From contig CALLLI010000016.1 of assembly GCA_938082635.1 (NCBI GenBank), positions 699 to 64,698 on the forward strand: a DNA stretch of 64,000 bases, in the 5' to 3' direction. This DNA is from an uncultured Verrucomicrobiales bacterium (GTDB lineage: Bacteria > Verrucomicrobiota > Verrucomicrobiia > Verrucomicrobiales > DEV007). Both the position numbers and the translations under genes were made by a program. Shown piece after piece: positions 10,301 through 17,900 of this stretch (the stretch's first letter is position 1; the number at the start of each line of letters is the position of its first letter). The notes under the pieces are model-generated. The model was not told the DNA's origin. It did no database searches and was given only the letters and a program-made list of their open reading frames with translations.

Positions 10301-10743
10301 CAAACGTAGAGGTCTAACCAACCATCGTTGTCGACGTCTGCCCACGTCGCGCCCGTTGCCCAGGTTCCTTCGGGTGCGGCAGGTGTCAGGCTCGCCGAAC
10401 GATTGGAGAAACGGAAATCATCGAGATTCTTGTAGAGCTGACCTCCTTGCGTCTGCCCACAAAGAAAGATGTCGGGCAAGCCATCTTTATCATAATCACC
10501 AACGGCAACGCCCGAGCCGGAGAAGGCGTTCGTGAGCTGGTCGCGGTGTTTGGCAGGTGGGTTCCACCGATGGACAAAGTCGATCCCTGTCTCGCTAATT
10601 GGGATTTCCTGGAACAATTCGTCAACCTCAACGCCTGAAGCCACGGGCTGGAGCGGGCGTTCGTGCAGCTGAGCGAACACGCTCATGGCCGAGCTTGCCA
10701 ACAGCACAAGAACCCCAGCGAATCGTTGCGGGCACAGTTGCAT
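7372..10743 (-). CDS. Secreted FG-GAP/VCBS repeat protein with an internal ASPIC/UnbV domain (CRTAC1 family)
   Basis: Many FG-GAP calcium-loop motifs (DYDKDGLPDIF, ADVDNDGWLDLYV, ADYDRDGDLDLFV, ADINNDGLFDLL, GDLDNDGNEDLFV, ADVDGDGDIDLV). ASPIC/UnbV motif NRFGLGTKVEV...VRWPSGHRQQF. The start was moved from 10929 to ATG 10743, which gives signal peptide MQLCPQRFAGVLVLLASSAMSVFA and removes overlap with the upstream gene. Confidence 0.85.
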   Translation of the reverse strand: MQLCPQRFAGVLVLLASSAMSVFAQLHERPLQPVASGVEVDELFQEIPISETGIDFVHRWNPPAKHRDQLTNAFSGSGVAVGDYDKDGLPDIFLCGQTQGGQLYKNLDDFRFSNRSASLTPAAPEGTWATGATWADVDNDGWLDLYVCGFDCPNRLYFNRAKGRERVLVESAKAFGVDHRGASITGTFADYDRDGDLDLFVVTNRMPAPLALREEKFSLSRGSNGEPVLPEAFRQYADMIVMPDGSLKKIDAGQYDHLYRNEGPNKPFTEVTQDVGMGGNHYGLSATWWDWNDDSWPDLYVANDFFGPDQLWTNNGPDAQGKVTFTDMTKTSLPHTPWFSMGADIADINNDGLFDLLATDMAGSTHYNEKMQMGNMSGPDSDAWFLNFPTPPQYMRNAFYLNSGTEHFMEVAALLGVSKTDWTWSVNFGDLDNDGNEDLFVTNGMSRDWLNSDLSDKAPSRDGWDTYYDFWYAQKPLKQSNRVFRNGGDLKMTEAGKVWGLNKHSVSFGAALSDLNGDGALDIVMNNFNGPPTVYRNQGSSKNRLAISLVGTSSNRFGLGTKVEVRLQDSSETLTRYLTSARGFMSAPDPVIHFGLGESAEVAQLTVRWPSGHRQQFENLAAGAHYTITEPSGKPKVEKRPKLQPLFAENTLLQGIRHREEPYDDFARQPLLPTKHSQLGPGIAFADVDGDGQDDFYLAQGAGTPGQVYVRKKSPNKGANAFAQHATSEDITPLFFDAEGDGDQDLLVVSGGVEGEAGAAVFKDRLYLNDGGGTFTHAPAALPNMAASGGPAAAADFDKDGDLDLFIGGRVIPGRYPEAPQSQLLRNESSKENVRFIDLGMESLGMVTAAVWADTNGDTWPDLVVATEWGPIQVFENLKGTLAKPRHDNQSGWWSSLAAADVDGDGDIDLVAGNVGLNTKYKAPELLYYGDFDGTGKLRILEAKFEGETWLPHRGYSCSSNAMPALKSKLTTFHSFANKSLEAIYSNTRLKNALRFEANTLESGVFLNDGKGRFRFQPLPRLAQAFPVYGIVVEDLTSDGHPDVYLIGNSNSPQRETGNMDGGVSLLLAGDGKGNFRPMWPHESGLVVPGDAKGVVLTDLNGDLKRDIVVTVNNSSLRAFLAR

Positions 10744-10820
10744 GACTAAGGTTTCAGGATTCAGTGTTCCTCTGCAATCCCAATGTGAAATTGATGGAAA
10801 CTTGTTCCGCCCCGAAGCGC

Positions 10821-13800
10821 TTACTGTTCGATCACGATACGATAGAACAGGACTTCCTCGTTGGGCATGTCCGTGAAGGTTGTCGAAGCTCCAGCATCGC
10901 CTGGATGCCCAGTCTTCACATCGTCCCACGTGATCAAATCAGCGCTCGATTGGATGGTGTAGGTGGCGTCTTCCATACTTGGCCATGTAAAGGTGACGTT
11001 ATTGCCATCGCGTGTGATCGATTGCACTCGAAAATCTTCGGGGATCACGACGGGAGGCTGAGGGCCTCCTGGCAAGGTCTCACCTGGATTGGCAAAGAGG
11101 AAGGAAGCTTCTTCGGCGCTGAGTTCTTTCTGATAGATCTGGAAGTCATCAACTAATCCAGTGAGCCCTAACAAGCCTGCAACGGCCCCGATCTGAAATG
11201 AACCACTCTTGCGGACATCAAATCCTTGGGAGCCCTCTTGGGCCTCGCTTAAAAGCTCTCCATTCACGTAGAGGCGAAGCCGATCCACGGTGGGATCATC
11301 ACTGCCGTTCTCGTCAGCATAGGTGAAGAGAATGTGGTAGGTTTCGCCCGCCGTGAGGAAAGGGTCCGATGTCAGGGATTCCGTACCATCACTGATCCAC
11401 TGCACGGGATCGTTCTCTCCAGAGACGGCAAGGGCGACGCCGAAGGGATCGCCGGGCGTTTCATCTCCGCGGCCAAAGAGGCCCGATGTCGTGCCGACAT
11501 CAGCGGCGTCGAGCTGGACCCAGAATGCGTAGCTGCCAACTGCCAGGGAAGGGAGGTCGAGGTCGGCAGCAACCTCACCGAAACCTGCGCCAGCGCCACC
11601 ACCGTCTGACAAACGCACGGCGCTGCCGCTTGCGAGTGCGGTCTGGCCTAACTGAACAGAGCCACCATTGATCTCGCGGTAGACGCCATGGAATCCATTT
11701 CCTGAACCGTCGGTCATCTGCGTTCCCTCTGTTTCGTCCATCTTGTAATGGGCTAACAAACGGTTGGAGTTCTCGATCTTCACGCGGAACTGCACCCGAG
11801 TGGTGACTTCGTTTTCATCGTTGCTTTCCACTTCCAACGTTGCCCGGAACGTGCCCGTAGCCGCACCGGCAGGTGAGTAGGTGACCTCCACATCGGCGAA
11901 AGCGCCCGGCGCCAAGGTGGTGGGTAAATCACTGACCGCAAAAAGATCGCGATTCTCACCAGTGATGGAGGAACTCGAAATGGTGAGTTCATTATCCGCG
12001 CCACTGTTGACGAGCCGCAGGGTGCGTTTCAGAACACCTGGACTCCCAGGGAAAGCACCGAAATCTAACACTGAGGTTGTCGATAAGTTAGGATCGCCGA
12101 TGATGCTAAGCACGCCATTGTTCATGATCTGAACGATCTCTTCGTCGGTCAGAGCGGTGCCGAAGATGCCGAAATCATCAATGTTACCGATGAAGAAGAA
12201 GCCGTCGCCTTGGTCCTGGCCGGCACCGATGTTGAATGGCGTGGTGTCGTTCGGCGCCACGATGTCGTTGGCCTCGACCTCAAGCACCCCATCGACGTAG
12301 AGCTTCTTCATCTCCGTGCCGCTGTCATAGCTGATGGCCAGGTGCTGCCATTCACCTAGCTTCACTTCGGGGCCATCCATGATCTGCCAATTCCCAGCTT
12401 CTTCGCCGTTGCCGCTCCAGAAAGTCCACGCGCCGGCCGGTTGGTTGTCGTAAATTACAAAGCCTTGGCTATCGGGATTCAAATCGTGTCGACTCGTCAC
12501 TGGGGAGTTCCAAGCGCCAGCACCACCGTCGGATTTGGCCCACAGAGTGAGCGTGAAGTTGTCGGGGTTGAGCGCCTCATTGAAGGGAATGTGAATCCCG
12601 CCACTGCCATCAAACTCAGCTGAGGTGCCGGTGCTAGCCGTGGCTCCAGGTTGATTGAACGAAACGCTCCCGTCATCAGGCGTGCCGTGGAAACTCCCGA
12701 AGACATCTTGGACTGAGTCTTCTCCGTCGGTGCCCGAGGGGTCATCGAGTGGCCAATAGGCAACGAGGGGATTCGGATTGATCACCTTCACCTTGAGAGG
12801 GACTTGAATCAGAGGTGTGCGAGGGTCGTTCGTGGCCAACTCCGCCACAGCGGTGAAGGAACCAAAGAGCCCTTCTGGAGTAAAGGTAAGGTCGACCGCA
12901 GACTGCGCGCCTGGTGCCACATCAGCGGGCGGTGTGGCCGAGAACAGATCTGCGTGGCGGCCAGAGAAGGTGATACCGCTGACAGTGAGATTCTGTGTTG
13001 TCCCAGCATTCTGAATTGGAATCTGACCACTGTGTGGGCCGCTATTAATCTGAAATTCACCCAGGTTGATCTCCGCTGGCGCTTCGAGAAAGGGATCGCG
13101 GACCACACCCTGGACGTTGATGATCAGGTTAGGTTCCGTGGCGCTGTTGTTCACCACAGTCACGGTGGCACTAAAGGTCCCGATCGCGCCCTTGGGATCG
13201 AAGGCCAATGTGATCTCGCGCTCGGCGCCCGGCGCCATGTCATCAGGCCGCTCGGCGACCGTGAAATTGGCCTCGTTGTCCCCACTAAGGGTGACGTCGC
13301 TAATAAGAAGCGCTTGGGTTGCCCCCGTGTTCTTGATTGGGATTGAGAGCGTACCACCGGTCGCCGCGAAATCGACATCATAAGATCGACGCGCCGATAT
13401 CCCAGGGTCCCCTAACAAGCTGGCCACGCCATTGTCCATGATCTGTTGGATAGTCGCTTCGTCTAACGCTTCATTGAAGACAGCCACATCATCGATCAGC
13501 CCAATGAAGAAGAATGTACCGCCAAAGTCTGCCCCCGCTCCCACATTGAAAGGCGTGGTGTCATTCGGCGCGACGATGTCTTCTGCTTCTACCGCAAGCT
13601 CTCCATCGACATACAGGCGCTTCATCTCGGTGGCATTGTCATAGGTGATCGCGAGGTGCTCCCATTCATCCAGCTTGACCTCGGGCCCATCCATGACTTG
13701 CCAATTCCCCTCTTCTTCGCCGTTGCCGCTCCAGAAAGTCCATTCGCCGCTAGGCTCATTGTCGTAGATCAGATAACCTTGGCTATCTGGATTTAGATCA

Positions 13801-14132
13801 TGTCGGCTTGTCACGGGCGAATGCCAGGCTCCCGCACCGCCATTCGATTTCGCCCATAGTGTAAGTGTAAAGCTCTCTGGGTTGATGGCCTCTGCCCATT
13901 CCGCTTGGATGCCCCCTGTTCCTGTGAATTCCGCTGCGGTGCCGGTAGCTGCATTGGCACCATCTACTCCAAAGCTGACTCCGTCACCTACCGTGCCTAC
14001 ATGCCCGCCGATGGGGTCAGTCACCTCGGCTACGCCATCGGCGTCATCTAGGGGCCAGTGAAAAACAAGCTCGGCGTGAAGAGGCATGCTCGCTAGGACG
14101 CCAAGAGAGAGAAGAATGAGGATTGCTTTCAT
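10821..14132 (-). CDS. Large secreted protein with three LamG (Laminin_G_3) domains, Ig-like ASH/choice-of-anchor-D-type domains and a shared C-terminal module
   Basis: Signal peptide MKAILILLSLGVLASMPLHA. LamG-type blocks (FTLTLWAK...WEHLAITYD...LYVDGEL...FIGLIDDVAVFNEAL) occur three times. Ig-like blocks carry IKNTGATQALLISDVTLSGDNEANFTV-type motifs. The C terminus ends in VLFYRIVIEQ. Confidence 0.85.
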   Translation of the reverse strand: MKAILILLSLGVLASMPLHAELVFHWPLDDADGVAEVTDPIGGHVGTVGDGVSFGVDGANAATGTAAEFTGTGGIQAEWAEAINPESFTLTLWAKSNGGAGAWHSPVTSRHDLNPDSQGYLIYDNEPSGEWTFWSGNGEEEGNWQVMDGPEVKLDEWEHLAITYDNATEMKRLYVDGELAVEAEDIVAPNDTTPFNVGAGADFGGTFFFIGLIDDVAVFNEALDEATIQQIMDNGVASLLGDPGISARRSYDVDFAATGGTLSIPIKNTGATQALLISDVTLSGDNEANFTVAERPDDMAPGAEREITLAFDPKGAIGTFSATVTVVNNSATEPNLIINVQGVVRDPFLEAPAEINLGEFQINSGPHSGQIPIQNAGTTQNLTVSGITFSGRHADLFSATPPADVAPGAQSAVDLTFTPEGLFGSFTAVAELATNDPRTPLIQVPLKVKVINPNPLVAYWPLDDPSGTDGEDSVQDVFGSFHGTPDDGSVSFNQPGATASTGTSAEFDGSGGIHIPFNEALNPDNFTLTLWAKSDGGAGAWNSPVTSRHDLNPDSQGFVIYDNQPAGAWTFWSGNGEEAGNWQIMDGPEVKLGEWQHLAISYDSGTEMKKLYVDGVLEVEANDIVAPNDTTPFNIGAGQDQGDGFFFIGNIDDFGIFGTALTDEEIVQIMNNGVLSIIGDPNLSTTSVLDFGAFPGSPGVLKRTLRLVNSGADNELTISSSSITGENRDLFAVSDLPTTLAPGAFADVEVTYSPAGAATGTFRATLEVESNDENEVTTRVQFRVKIENSNRLLAHYKMDETEGTQMTDGSGNGFHGVYREINGGSVQLGQTALASGSAVRLSDGGGAGAGFGEVAADLDLPSLAVGSYAFWVQLDAADVGTTSGLFGRGDETPGDPFGVALAVSGENDPVQWISDGTESLTSDPFLTAGETYHILFTYADENGSDDPTVDRLRLYVNGELLSEAQEGSQGFDVRKSGSFQIGAVAGLLGLTGLVDDFQIYQKELSAEEASFLFANPGETLPGGPQPPVVIPEDFRVQSITRDGNNVTFTWPSMEDATYTIQSSADLITWDDVKTGHPGDAGASTTFTDMPNEEVLFYRIVIEQ
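12081..12767 (-). repeat. Intragenic tandem duplication unit 2 (LamG module, residues ~456-684)
   Basis: The segment STGTSAEFDGSGGIH...TLWAKSDGGAGAWNSPVTSRHDLNPDSQGFVIYDN...APNDTTPFNIGAG matches unit 1 residue-for-residue over long runs. Confidence 0.85.
13398..14069 (-). repeat. Intragenic tandem duplication unit 1 (LamG module, residues ~22-245)
   Basis: The protein segment ATGTAAEFTGTGGIQ...TLWAKSNGGAGAWHSPVTSRHDLNPDSQGYLIYDN...APNDTTPFNVGAG is near-identical over long stretches to unit 2. Confidence 0.85.
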
Positions 14133-14279
14133 GAGTGAGGAATTGGAGCGGGTTAAACTACTTTAAGACTCTCCGCGGAAATGACGCTGTCAAAGCGGAA
14201 TCCTGTTGTGCCTCTATACGAGGCTCGTGCTTTCTCCTTGTCGTCAGAACCTGTTCCTGGCTTAAGGATAAGGCGACTC

Positions 14280-14480
14280 ATGGCGCTAGGATCTCTTTCA
14301 CTGGCTCTTTGCATCACCGTAGGTCTAGGCGTCGTTGCCTGTCACCAAGTTCCCCAAGACGCCGCGGCAATTCTGCTGGAACACGGTCTTCCCATCGAGA
14401 TCATGGGATCTGATTGCTTGGATGGTTTTGAAGTCGCCGATTTCCAGATCAACGAGTGGGCCGCCGCGAAGAACCTGTAA
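14280..14480 (+). CDS. Small putative lipoprotein (66 aa), 12 nt upstream of the SCO1-fusion gene
   Basis: Internal ATG 14280 of track ORF 14181-14480 gives MALGSLSLALCITVGLGVVAC, a signal-peptide plus lipobox-like sequence. It is co-directional with and closely spaced to 14493. No family recognised. Confidence 0.35.
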   Translation: MALGSLSLALCITVGLGVVACHQVPQDAAAILLEHGLPIEIMGSDCLDGFEVADFQINEWAAAKNL

Positions 14481-14492
14481 GATTCTTATGTT

Positions 14493-16985
14493 ATGAAACC
14501 ATTTCAATTAGTTTGTCGTTTTCAACTCGCAATCGGTCTGGCGATTGTCACCATGATCGTCGGATGTTCTGACAATGATCCTAAGCAAGACAAGCGATCG
14601 GACCCCCAGCCTGAAGAATCCTCTTCGGAGCTACGCGCACTAGGTGAAGTGCCTGAATTTGCCTTCCTTGATCACACTCGAAATGTGATCGGGTTGAGTG
14701 ATCTCAAGAATCGCGTTTGGATTGCCAACTTCGTCTTCACGCGCTGCGCGTCCACTTGCCCCTTGCAGACTGCAAAGTTGGCTGAACTCCAGAACGCGCT
14801 GCAAGAGAAACCCTACTGGAGTGCGGTTAGATTTCTGAGTTTCACGGTTGAACCTGAGTACGACACCCCTGAAATCTTGGCAACGTACGCTGGCGATCAC
14901 CAAGGCTCCAAGAACTGGCACTTTCTCACCGGAGAGCGCAAGAAGATTTGGGAGCTCTGTGAGAACGGCTTTAAGCTTCCTGTGGATGAGAACGGGTTGG
15001 ATCCGAAGATGCCCATTCTGCATAGCCCGCGCATCGTCCTCGTTGACGGCAAGGGCCAGATTCGGGGTTATTACAACGGCTTAGACGACACGTCCCTGGA
15101 TCAGTTGAAGAATGACATTGAGGTCGCCCTTACTGAAACCTCCTCAATCACCGGATTTGATCAGGTTGTCTATCCAAATGAACTCTTGAGCATGGAGGGT
15201 TTGCGAGAGCGCGCAGAGGCGCAGCTGGCCACGGCGAACGCCATCGATGTTCGTCACGATTTCAAATTCACGGATCGTATCCAATACAGCGGTGTCACCT
15301 TTCGCAACCAGGTCGTTGAAGATGCCTCCAAGATCAATACGGCGGGGCACTACGATCACGGCAACGGGATTGCCATGGCCGACGTCAATGGGGATGGACT
15401 TCTCGACGTCTATTTCACAACCCAAATTGGCTCCAACCAGCTTTGGCAGAACCTTGGGGACGGGACTTACAAAGACATCACGCAAGCGCCCATTCAACTC
15501 GCCGATCGGATCAGCGTGACTGCCTCTTTCGCAGACACCGACAACGATGGCGACGCCGATCTCTTCGTCACCACCACGCGCGGTGGGAACAGTTTCTTCG
15601 AGAACGACGGTCAGGGAAACTTCACCGACCAAACGGCCAAGGCAGGCCTTGGATACAACGGTCATTCCTCGGCGGGGGTCTTCTTCGACTATGATCGCGA
15701 CGGCTTGCTCGATCTCTTTCTCTGCAACATTGGCGTCTTCACCGCGAAGGAAGAGCAAGGCGAAGGCGGCTACTTCAAGGTCCTACCAGACGCCTTTGGT
15801 GGGCATTTGAAACCCAAGGAGCGCAATGAAACGAGCATTTTGTATCATAATGCTGGAAAGAATAAATTCGTCGATATGACTGCGCAGAGTGGCCTGATCG
15901 ATGTGAGTTGGTCAGGCGATGCTAGTCCCATCGATCTCAACGACGATGGTTGGCAGGATCTCTACGTGACCAACATGCAAGGCCACGATGAGTATTACGA
16001 GAATGTCGAGGGCAAGGCCTTTAGAAATCGCAGCCGCGAAGTCTTTCCAAAGACGCCCTGGGGATCCATGGGCATCAAGGTCTTCGATTTCAACAACGAC
16101 GGTGCCATGGACATCTACCTAACAGACATGCACTCCGACATGAGCCAGACGATCACGCAAGTGAAGGAGAAGTCCAAGTCCAACATGAAGTGGCCAGATA
16201 GCTTCCTGAAGAGCGGCGGCCAAAGCATCTTTGGCAACGCGTTCTTCCTCAATGACGGGAGTGGTCAGTTCACCGAAGTTTCAGACAAGATCGGCGCGGA
16301 GAACTATTGGCCCTGGGGCTTGAGCGTCGGTGATCTCAATGCGGATGGATTTGAAGATGCCTTCATCACGGCAAGCATGAACTATCCCTTTCTGTATGGT
16401 GTGAACTCCGTGCTTTTGAACGGCCAGGGCAAGCGCTTCTTTGATTGTGAGTTCATCCTTGGCGTCGAACCCAGACGCGGCTACCGCACCGTTCGCCCGC
16501 TCTTCACGCTGGATACGCTAAGTGCCGACAAGGGGCACCCCATGGTAGAGCTTGGGAACCTAACCAGGCCCTCAGAAATGTTTGGTTCTCTTGGCACGCG
16601 GAGTTCGATTATCGCAGACCTCGACAATGATGGCGACCAGGACATCTTCACCAACGAGTTCAATGATGGACCAATGCTACTCACAAGCAGTCTTGCCGAC
16701 AGCCACCAGATTCAATGGCTAAAGGTCGCCCTAACCGGCACGCGATCGAACCGCGATGGTCTAGGCGCAAAGATCGCCGTCACCGCTGGCGGTTCGACTT
16801 TTACCAAGGTCCACGATGGTCAGTCCGGTTATCTCTCTCAAAGTCGCCATCCACTTTACTTCGGCCTCGCAGATGCCACGCTGGTTGATAAGATCACCAT
16901 CACTTGGCCTTCCGGCATAAAGCAGACCGTAGCCGGGCCGCTGGAAAGCAATCGCTTGCTCCAGATCACCGAGCCGGATGCGTAG
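14493..16985 (+). CDS. Lipoprotein fusion: N-terminal SCO1/SenC thioredoxin-like copper chaperone domain, then FG-GAP/VCBS repeats and a C-terminal ASPIC/UnbV domain
   Basis: Lipobox IVGCS. SCO1 signature FVFTRCASTCP (CxxxC), FTVEPEYDTPEIL, WHFLTGE, ILHSPRIVLVDGKGQIRGYY. FG-GAP loops ADVNGDGLLDVYF, ADTDNDGDADLFV, FDYDRDGLLDLFL, IDLNDDGWQDLYV, ADLDNDGDQDIFT. ASPIC motif NRDGLGAKIAV...ITWPSGIKQ. Confidence 0.85.
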   Translation: MKPFQLVCRFQLAIGLAIVTMIVGCSDNDPKQDKRSDPQPEESSSELRALGEVPEFAFLDHTRNVIGLSDLKNRVWIANFVFTRCASTCPLQTAKLAELQNALQEKPYWSAVRFLSFTVEPEYDTPEILATYAGDHQGSKNWHFLTGERKKIWELCENGFKLPVDENGLDPKMPILHSPRIVLVDGKGQIRGYYNGLDDTSLDQLKNDIEVALTETSSITGFDQVVYPNELLSMEGLRERAEAQLATANAIDVRHDFKFTDRIQYSGVTFRNQVVEDASKINTAGHYDHGNGIAMADVNGDGLLDVYFTTQIGSNQLWQNLGDGTYKDITQAPIQLADRISVTASFADTDNDGDADLFVTTTRGGNSFFENDGQGNFTDQTAKAGLGYNGHSSAGVFFDYDRDGLLDLFLCNIGVFTAKEEQGEGGYFKVLPDAFGGHLKPKERNETSILYHNAGKNKFVDMTAQSGLIDVSWSGDASPIDLNDDGWQDLYVTNMQGHDEYYENVEGKAFRNRSREVFPKTPWGSMGIKVFDFNNDGAMDIYLTDMHSDMSQTITQVKEKSKSNMKWPDSFLKSGGQSIFGNAFFLNDGSGQFTEVSDKIGAENYWPWGLSVGDLNADGFEDAFITASMNYPFLYGVNSVLLNGQGKRFFDCEFILGVEPRRGYRTVRPLFTLDTLSADKGHPMVELGNLTRPSEMFGSLGTRSSIIADLDNDGDQDIFTNEFNDGPMLLTSSLADSHQIQWLKVALTGTRSNRDGLGAKIAVTAGGSTFTKVHDGQSGYLSQSRHPLYFGLADATLVDKITITWPSGIKQTVAGPLESNRLLQITEPDA

Positions 16986-17088
16986 AAGACCACAGCCAGC
17001 GTGTTCACCGAAAACCATCTCTCTAGATTAAGACACTACCCGCCAAGCGGTCAATAACCTCAAGATTGCGAAAAGAGTCGAAATACGT

Positions 17089-17110
17089 GCTCCGGTGCGT
17101 TCACCGGAGC
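17089..17110. terminator. Hairpin between convergent genes (possible bidirectional terminator)
   Basis: GCTCCGGTG-cgtt-CACCGGAGC, a 9-bp stem with a 4-nt loop. There is no clear T-tract. Confidence 0.3.
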
Positions 17111-17156
17111 CCCACAGCTGAACCAACCCAGTGTATCTAGCGTTCTCTCATGCAGC

Positions 17157-17789
17157 TCACCCAGCACCTTCTTTATCGGCCAATCGATAGAGGTAGCAGC
17201 TCGCGACGCTCCTCAAGGGGCGCCAGTGTTCAGTGAGTGTGCGAAGTTCTTTCGGGGTGGGCATCTCTTCTCGGCCTTCCAGGATCCTATAGCCCTTGCG
17301 AATACTCAAGTCAGTGTTAGGCAGAACATCGGGGCGTCCGAGGCGGAAGATCAGGAGCATTTCAACGGTCCAGGGGCCGATGCCTCGCACTTGAACGAGG
17401 CGCTCGATGATTTCAGCATCAGCCATCGATTTGAGTTTCACTAGGGTGGGTACGGTTCCATCCAATGTCTTGACAGCGAGGTCGCGGATGGCAGCGAGCT
17501 TGTTTCTGGAAAGGCCCGCACCACGAAGCCCTTCCTCCGGCACGTCGAGGACTATCTGCGGTTTGAAGTGTTTGCGAGGGAATAGATCCTTTACTCGACT
17601 GAAGATTGTTCCCGCAGCTTTCCCTGACAATTGGTGATAGATGATGGCTCGTGCGAGGTGTTGGAATGGGTTTCGCATCGACGTGGCATCCAATTCGAAA
17701 GAACCCAAGCGGCGCATGGCTTTGCCAAGCTTCCTGTCTGCTTTGCTTATTTCGGCAATTGCTTGCTGAGGATCGGAGAAGAGAGGCAC
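17157..17789 (-). CDS. DNA-3-methyladenine glycosylase II family protein (AlkA-like, HhH-GPD)
   Basis: HhH-GPD motif LVQVRGIGPWTVEMLLIFRLGRPDVLPNTDLSIRKGY. 210 aa. Confidence 0.85.
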   Translation of the reverse strand: MPLFSDPQQAIAEISKADRKLGKAMRRLGSFELDATSMRNPFQHLARAIIYHQLSGKAAGTIFSRVKDLFPRKHFKPQIVLDVPEEGLRGAGLSRNKLAAIRDLAVKTLDGTVPTLVKLKSMADAEIIERLVQVRGIGPWTVEMLLIFRLGRPDVLPNTDLSIRKGYRILEGREEMPTPKELRTLTEHWRPLRSVASCYLYRLADKEGAG

Positions 17790-17900
17790 GTCACAAGGAT
17801 GTCTTGGTGCTGGTGCTTCGGAAAGAACCCATCACGAGGACCAAGAACGTCGGTTCTATTTTTCATCGCCCACCTCCTTGATACGGCTACATTCCTAGAC

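Noticed and set aside
10744-10929. 62-codon 5' extension of the CRTAC1-type gene in the track
   Set aside because: It overlaps the 3' end of the upstream LamG gene. Internal ATG 10743 yields a proper signal peptide.
15144-15758. 204-aa minus-strand ORF
   Set aside because: It is antisense to the FG-GAP repeat region of the SCO1-fusion gene, so it is a mirror-frame artefact.
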